From assembly GCA_030606485.1 (NCBI GenBank), contig JAUWGH010000013.1, forward strand, positions 8,162 through 40,161: a stretch of DNA of 32,000 nucleotides, given 5' to 3'. Position 1 is the stretch's first letter. Every line of letters begins with the position of its first letter. The position numbers and the translations under genes were made by a program. This DNA comes from Promethearchaeota archaeon. Its GTDB lineage: Archaea; Asgardarchaeota; Lokiarchaeia; Sigyniarchaeales; SOKP01. The notes beneath the pieces are model-generated. The model did no database searches and was not told the origin of the DNA. It was given only the letters and a program-made list of their open reading frames with translations. Below are positions 27,362 to 32,000 of the stretch, one piece after another.

Positions 27362-28141
27362 TTGAAAAGTGAAATAAAAATAGAATACTTGCAAAATCTA
27401 AGGAAAATCATTGAAGATATTGAGACTAATAATGAAAATATTAAAATTTATGATTCTCCTCAAAATCTATCAGAATATTTGAAAACAATGGAGATAGGCG
27501 TTAAACTAGACGCATTTAATGAGATTATTTTGGAGGAGGAAACTCAGATTGAATTAGGAGGCATTAATAAATACTCTACTTCTGTAATTTATCCATTATC
27601 CAATAAAAATAACATTCAAAATGGACAAATAACATTAATTGGTCCCGAAATTCAAGAGATCCGAGAAAATAATATCGATTTTGGTCAAATAATAATTATT
27701 GGAGGAAAAAAGATATCAGAATCTCATTACAATGATTTCCAGAGATTGCAATTTATTTCAGATGGAATACAGGGGTTCATGATTCGCTCCATTCCTCGAA
27801 GGTTTTGGTGCAGAATAAGTAAAGATGTGATTAAGAAAGGTTTTTCATTTAATTTATTGGGAAATTCAATTATCTATCTATTCAAAAAACAATTTCCAGA
27901 GTTAATAGAAGCTGTAGAGATAATTTTTATAAGCGCGAATGAGCTAAATATCAAAAAATTTGAACCAGTTATTTCAAAAATTAGAGAAATATATAAAAGA
28001 AATTGGGCTAAAAAAATTGAAGAATGGAAAGAACGTGTAGATTGTAATTATGATTGGATCTGTGATGTGTGTCCTTATAACGAAACATGTTATAATATTT
28101 CAGATATATATGAGCTAAGAAAAAATATTGAATTCGACTAA
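27362..28141 (+). CDS. Truncated acetyl-CoA synthase beta (CdhC)-like protein; start uncertain (TTG 27362 or ATG 27488)
   Basis: IELGG, GQITLIGPEI, GFMIR...WCRISKDVIKKGF...LGNSIIYLFKKQFP...VEIIFI resemble the CdhC domain as I recall it. The C-terminal A-cluster domain is absent and replaced by CNYDWICDVCPYNETC. Confidence 0.65.
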   Translation: MKSEIKIEYLQNLRKIIEDIETNNENIKIYDSPQNLSEYLKTMEIGVKLDAFNEIILEEETQIELGGINKYSTSVIYPLSNKNNIQNGQITLIGPEIQEIRENNIDFGQIIIIGGKKISESHYNDFQRLQFISDGIQGFMIRSIPRRFWCRISKDVIKKGFSFNLLGNSIIYLFKKQFPELIEAVEIIFISANELNIKKFEPVISKIREIYKRNWAKKIEEWKERVDCNYDWICDVCPYNETCYNISDIYELRKNIEFD

Positions 28142-28155
28142 TTAAAAAAATTATT

Positions 28156-28956
28156 ATGAGCCAAAAAAAACCTTATATTATAGCAGTTATAGGAAAGGGT
28201 GGTTCAGGAAAATCAGTATTTTGCGCCATCTCAATAATGATAATTGCTAATATGAAAAGATTTAAATTATTTGCTGTTGATGCAGACCCAACTCATTCTC
28301 ATTTATCTGATCTTCTTGATGTGAAAATTGATAAAAGTTTAGAAGCAATCAGGAAGGAAATTATTAAAACTGCAGCACAAGGAAGGGAATCTGGAAAAAT
28401 AAAATTGGCAGAAGACATAGATTATTTAGTTTATAATGCAATCGTTGAAAATAAAGATTTCTCCTTATTAGCTGTAGGACTGCCCGAAGGTCCTGGATGT
28501 TTTTGTCCAGCAAATAGTTTACTGAAAAAAGTAATATCTTCAATATCTTTGGATTTTGATATAGTTCTAATTGATTGTGAAGCCGGTTTAGAACAAATAA
28601 GTAGAGAAGTAATCAGCAATGTGGACACAATAGTAATAATATCAGACATTTCAGTTAGGAGTATAGAAACCGCTAAAACCCTACTTCAAAACTCTAAAAA
28701 ATTTACAAAATATAAACATATCGGCATTGTCGTTAATAGAGTTCGAGGAGATATATCTTTTCTAAGAAAAAAAATTAATGATATGAATATACCTACTTTT
28801 GGAGAAATCCCCGAAGATGATAATGTTATAAAATTAGATATTGAAGGTAAATCAATGAGAAATTTATCCTTTGATACATCAATATATAAAAGTATTGAGA
28901 AAATTATACAGAAAGTTTTAGATTTCAGGGTATCATTAAAAGATTTAAAGATATAA
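28156..28956 (+). CDS. cooC: CooC/AcsF-type Ni-insertion ATPase (MinD/ParA-like P-loop)
   Basis: Deviant Walker A GKGGSGKS, VDADP, GPGCFCPAN (Ni-binding CxC), DCEAGLEQISR. Confidence 0.85.
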   Translation: MSQKKPYIIAVIGKGGSGKSVFCAISIMIIANMKRFKLFAVDADPTHSHLSDLLDVKIDKSLEAIRKEIIKTAAQGRESGKIKLAEDIDYLVYNAIVENKDFSLLAVGLPEGPGCFCPANSLLKKVISSISLDFDIVLIDCEAGLEQISREVISNVDTIVIISDISVRSIETAKTLLQNSKKFTKYKHIGIVVNRVRGDISFLRKKINDMNIPTFGEIPEDDNVIKLDIEGKSMRNLSFDTSIYKSIEKIIQKVLDFRVSLKDLKI

Positions 28957-28982
28957 TTAAAAAAAAAATTATAAGATATATT

Positions 28983-30383
28983 TTAAACACTTATATGTTT
29001 TTCTAATTTTTCTTTATGTAATTTATCAGCTTCCAGTTTTATTTGTTCATATTTTTCCTTAGTAATTGGAAATCGACTCATTGATACGATTCCAATGCAT
29101 AAGGCAATCGCTGGGAAAATAAACATCAAACTGCGAAGTCCAAAAATTGTTTGTTCTGTAGTTCCTAAGGGGTCAAAAACTGCCCAACCAACACTAGTAA
29201 AGACAATACTAATTGTAAGAAATATTAAAATCGTTGATAGTTTTGTTATCAAGGCATTTATTCCGTAATATCCCCCTTCTCGCCTTATTCCGGTAGTTAA
29301 TTCATCCTCATCAATGACCGCAGCTAAAACGAGATCTACATATAATATATCTCCTGCAAGACCTATTCCAACAAGAAAAAACGCTATAAAGGCAGTAATA
29401 ACATCAGAAATGAACATGAATGGAAGAAGTGTGATAATAAACGTAGTCATTGACATCATTAGACCTTTTTTTACTCCAACCTTAACAACTACCCAACGCC
29501 AAAAAAATACAAATATAGCTGCAGAAATAAATGTTACTCCCAATAAAAGACCTAATATTGTTGAATTCGATTCATTTAAAACAAACAGACCGTAAAGTGG
29601 TACAATAGTTGGAAGCATTCCCACAACGAACCAATGTCCAAGATTTGCAATGATAAAAGTTCTAAATCCTTTATTTTTCATTGAAACTTTTAAAGATTTT
29701 AATAATGAGGGAGCTTTTTTATAATCATCAGAAAATTCAATTCTTTCCCGAATACCAAACTTGATTAATATGATTGCGCCTATAGCTATACAAATACACA
29801 TAAATATCCCTGCATAACTGTATTCCGCTATATAAATAGGATTTGCTAATTCAGGTATGAAAAAGGTCGGCATTATAAAGGCAAAAATTAACCCTAACAC
29901 TGTAAAAATTTGTTTAATAGTATTAGCTTTAGCTCTATCGCTTAACTTTAAGAACATCTCAGGAAACAAGGATGCATAGTTTAAGTCATACATTGTATAG
30001 AAGAATTCCCATAGGATTATTATAAACAAAAAATATATGAATTTTGTAATATCCGTTGTAAGAACTGGAGTCCATAAAAATATCATTATAACACATAGCG
30101 GGATAAATGCAACAATAATATACGGTTTTCTTCGACCCCATTTCGTCCTTGTACGATCAGATAATGCTCCTAATAGGGGATCATTAAGTGCGTTCCAAAT
30201 AGCCCAAATAATAAATCCTATTGTAATATAAGTTACATCTAATCCAACTACAGCATAATAGAATGTGAAAATTAAGAATGTAAACATTTGGGAGGCAATT
30301 GTATCCGAGAATTGACCTACTCCATAGGTTGCTGCTTTTCTTAATGAAAAAAATTCTTCAGTTTTTTTAGTTTCTTTACTCAT
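28983..30383 (-). CDS. MFS transporter, GPH (MelB-like) family
   Basis: WNALNDPLLGALSDRTRTKWGRRKPY, YASLFPEMF, DEDELTTGIRREGGYYG; about 12 TM helices. Confidence 0.9.
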   Translation of the reverse strand: MSKETKKTEEFFSLRKAATYGVGQFSDTIASQMFTFLIFTFYYAVVGLDVTYITIGFIIWAIWNALNDPLLGALSDRTRTKWGRRKPYIIVAFIPLCVIMIFLWTPVLTTDITKFIYFLFIIILWEFFYTMYDLNYASLFPEMFLKLSDRAKANTIKQIFTVLGLIFAFIMPTFFIPELANPIYIAEYSYAGIFMCICIAIGAIILIKFGIRERIEFSDDYKKAPSLLKSLKVSMKNKGFRTFIIANLGHWFVVGMLPTIVPLYGLFVLNESNSTILGLLLGVTFISAAIFVFFWRWVVVKVGVKKGLMMSMTTFIITLLPFMFISDVITAFIAFFLVGIGLAGDILYVDLVLAAVIDEDELTTGIRREGGYYGINALITKLSTILIFLTISIVFTSVGWAVFDPLGTTEQTIFGLRSLMFIFPAIALCIGIVSMSRFPITKEKYEQIKLEADKLHKEKLEKHISV

Positions 30384-30529
30384 TTTTATTCATTTATCTT
30401 AGATTTGAATTTAATTATATTGAATAAATTTTCATCAACAAATTATATAATATTTTAGTTTGGGAAATTTAATTTATAGTTAAATAATTCTTCTAAAATT
30501 TAAAAAGTATCAACAAACCGTTCAATTCT

Positions 30530-31513
30530 TCATTTTTTTAATGTGGTAATTGGACGGCTTTGTAATATGTATATTTTATCATTTTCTATTGCCCATTCAA
30601 TATCTTGAGGTAAATTGAATGCATTTTCAATTTTTAATCCTAAATTATGAAGTTGGCGAAGTTGTTTTTCGTTTATAGAGCAGACAGTCCTGGATTGGGG
30701 GTCTGTTTCTATCAAAATTGTATATGGCCCTTCAGGATTCTTAATCGACTTTTTCTCTTTTTTACCGATAATCCTCTTTATAATTTCGAATTTTTTTTTT
30801 TTAATTATAATAGTATCTGGGATTATTAAATCATCCGCAATAGTATCACCAAGCCCCCATGCGGAATTTATCAACATTTGGTTCGAATCATTATTTATTA
30901 CATTAGCTGTAAAAAAAACTCCTGATATTTGTGAATTAACCATTTGTTGAACAATAACAGCCATATGAATATCAGATAATGAAATATTTAATCCTTTTTT
31001 CCGCATTTGAAGGATATAAAGCAGTGATTGAGGGGAAAATAATGATAACCAGCAATTTTTTAAAGATGCTATAATATCATGAATATTATTGTTATGTAAA
31101 TAGGTATCAGCTTGTCCAGCAAAGGAGAATTTTTTGGAATCTTCGATTGTTGCTGAAGATCTAACTGCGAAAGAAATTTTACTCCCAATTTTTCCTTTAA
31201 TCTTATCAAATGCTACTCTGATTTCATCGATTATTTTTTTAGGAATTTTTGATTTCAATATTAAATCTCTGATTTTTATTGAGTATTGTAGAATTTCTTT
31301 TAAATGAAATTGTTTTGATAATAATTTCATCAATTGATTGCTGTATTTAGATTCTTCAAGGAATTTTTTATAAGATTTTGTATTGATAATGAATCCAGAA
31401 GGGACCCTTACTCCTATTTTTATTAATTTGATTAAATTGGATCCTTTACCTCCCAATAAATCAATATTAGGTGTTACTTCTGAAAAAAATACAACGTATT
31501 GCGAAAGTTTCAT
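30530..31513 (-). CDS. Stand-alone PEP/pyruvate-binding (PEP synthase/PPDK N-terminal ATP-grasp) domain protein
   Basis: GGKGSNL, FAVRSSATIED...SFAGQADT, AVIVQQMV, SGVFFT, AWGLGD, PQDIEWAI, ILQSRPIT. The protein ends exactly at the domain boundary. Confidence 0.9.
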   Translation of the reverse strand: MKLSQYVVFFSEVTPNIDLLGGKGSNLIKLIKIGVRVPSGFIINTKSYKKFLEESKYSNQLMKLLSKQFHLKEILQYSIKIRDLILKSKIPKKIIDEIRVAFDKIKGKIGSKISFAVRSSATIEDSKKFSFAGQADTYLHNNNIHDIIASLKNCWLSLFSPQSLLYILQMRKKGLNISLSDIHMAVIVQQMVNSQISGVFFTANVINNDSNQMLINSAWGLGDTIADDLIIPDTIIIKKKKFEIIKRIIGKKEKKSIKNPEGPYTILIETDPQSRTVCSINEKQLRQLHNLGLKIENAFNLPQDIEWAIENDKIYILQSRPITTLKK

Positions 31514-31781
31514 AGATATTCTTTGAAATAGTAATAAATAAAATATATTTAATTAAATATTAAAAATTTTTATCATTTTAAATTAACTCCTTTATTATTT
31601 TTATTTAATTTAATAAAAATAGCAAATACGAGTTTCCTAATTTATTAATTTTTTAATTTTTAAGATATCATAAAGCATATTTTTATTTGAATCTTTTAAA
31701 AAAATAAAGTTTTATTAAAGATTAAATGAAATAATAAATTAATAATTATTCAAAATAATATTTTCAATATAGTTGATTTAG

Positions 31782-32000
31782 ATGAAAAAAATTGGGGAAG
31801 GATCATCTTGTTCGTCCAATTCAGAAGTTTTAGGAGAATTTGTGTATATCCAATCCGTCGAAGACGTAATAAATTTATTTGATGATGCTAACGGGAAAAT
31901 ATGTATCGTAGATGATTCGGGTACTACTACTCTTGGTCCAATTTTATCAGATTTAGCAGGAGTATTGTGTCCACTCGGTTCTGCGGGCTCACATCTAGCT
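31782..32000 (+). CDS. PEP-utilising enzyme mobile (phospho-His) domain protein, 3'-truncated by the window edge (not in the ORF track)
   Basis: Manual translation from ATG 31782: MKKIGEGSSCSSNSEVLGEFVYIQSVEDVINLFDDANGKICIVDDSGTTTLGPILSDLAGVLCPLGSAGSHLA. The G..SH.A motif places the His at 31992-31994. Confidence 0.8.
   Translation, partial: MKKIGEGSSCSSNSEVLGEFVYIQSVEDVINLFDDANGKICIVDDSGTTTLGPILSDLAGVLCPLGSAGSHLA

Noticed and set aside
27362-28956. Evidence of a Wood-Ljungdahl CODH/ACS operon
   Set aside because: The CdhC-like protein lacks the catalytic A-cluster domain, and no other cdh/acs genes are in the window.
30499-30532. Selenocysteine readthrough of TGA stops (30530-30532; also 22468-22470)
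   Set aside because: Both TGAs fall at natural protein or domain ends. Readthrough adds only a few non-homologous codons, and no SECIS-like hairpin was recognised.
189-30829. The roughly 25 short (60-105 aa) ORFs in the track overlapping longer genes, e.g. 2460..2774, 8688..8999, 14940..15191, 29314..29595
   Set aside because: They are antisense or off-frame shadows of well-supported genes and carry no recognisable motifs.
1-32000. tRNA, rRNA, CRISPR array, transposase or integrase
   Set aside because: No GC-rich structured spacer, cloverleaf, regularly spaced repeat-spacer array or recombinase motif was seen.

Overview
AT-rich (roughly 30% GC by eye), densely coding prokaryotic window. Gene content suggests an anaerobic archaeon, most likely Asgard/Lokiarchaeia-like (inference from the MglA-type small GTPase, PCI-like winged-helix modules, repeated HdrD-type CCG Fe-S proteins and GPH-family MFS carriers). 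It holds about 23 protein-coding genes, two cut by the window edges. The main theme is three operons pairing a VAO/PCMH-fold flavoprotein with a CCG-domain Fe-S protein, plus a 41-codon remnant of a fourth flavoprotein gene. Other notable genes: a Glu/Leu/Phe/Val dehydrogenase fused to CBS domains; a 1476-aa membrane-anchored coiled-coil protein with prenyltransferase-like and PCI-like repeats; an SCP2-like protein; a B12-binding radical SAM enzyme; a truncated ACS-beta (CdhC)-like protein paired with a CooC ATPase; and a PEP-synthase-like dikinase split into an ATP-grasp gene and a divergent phospho-His gene. A 37-bp imperfect direct repeat brackets a 3-gene cassette. I found no tRNA, rRNA, CRISPR array, transposase or integrase. 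All family calls come from motif recognition by eye and memory; no database searches were run.
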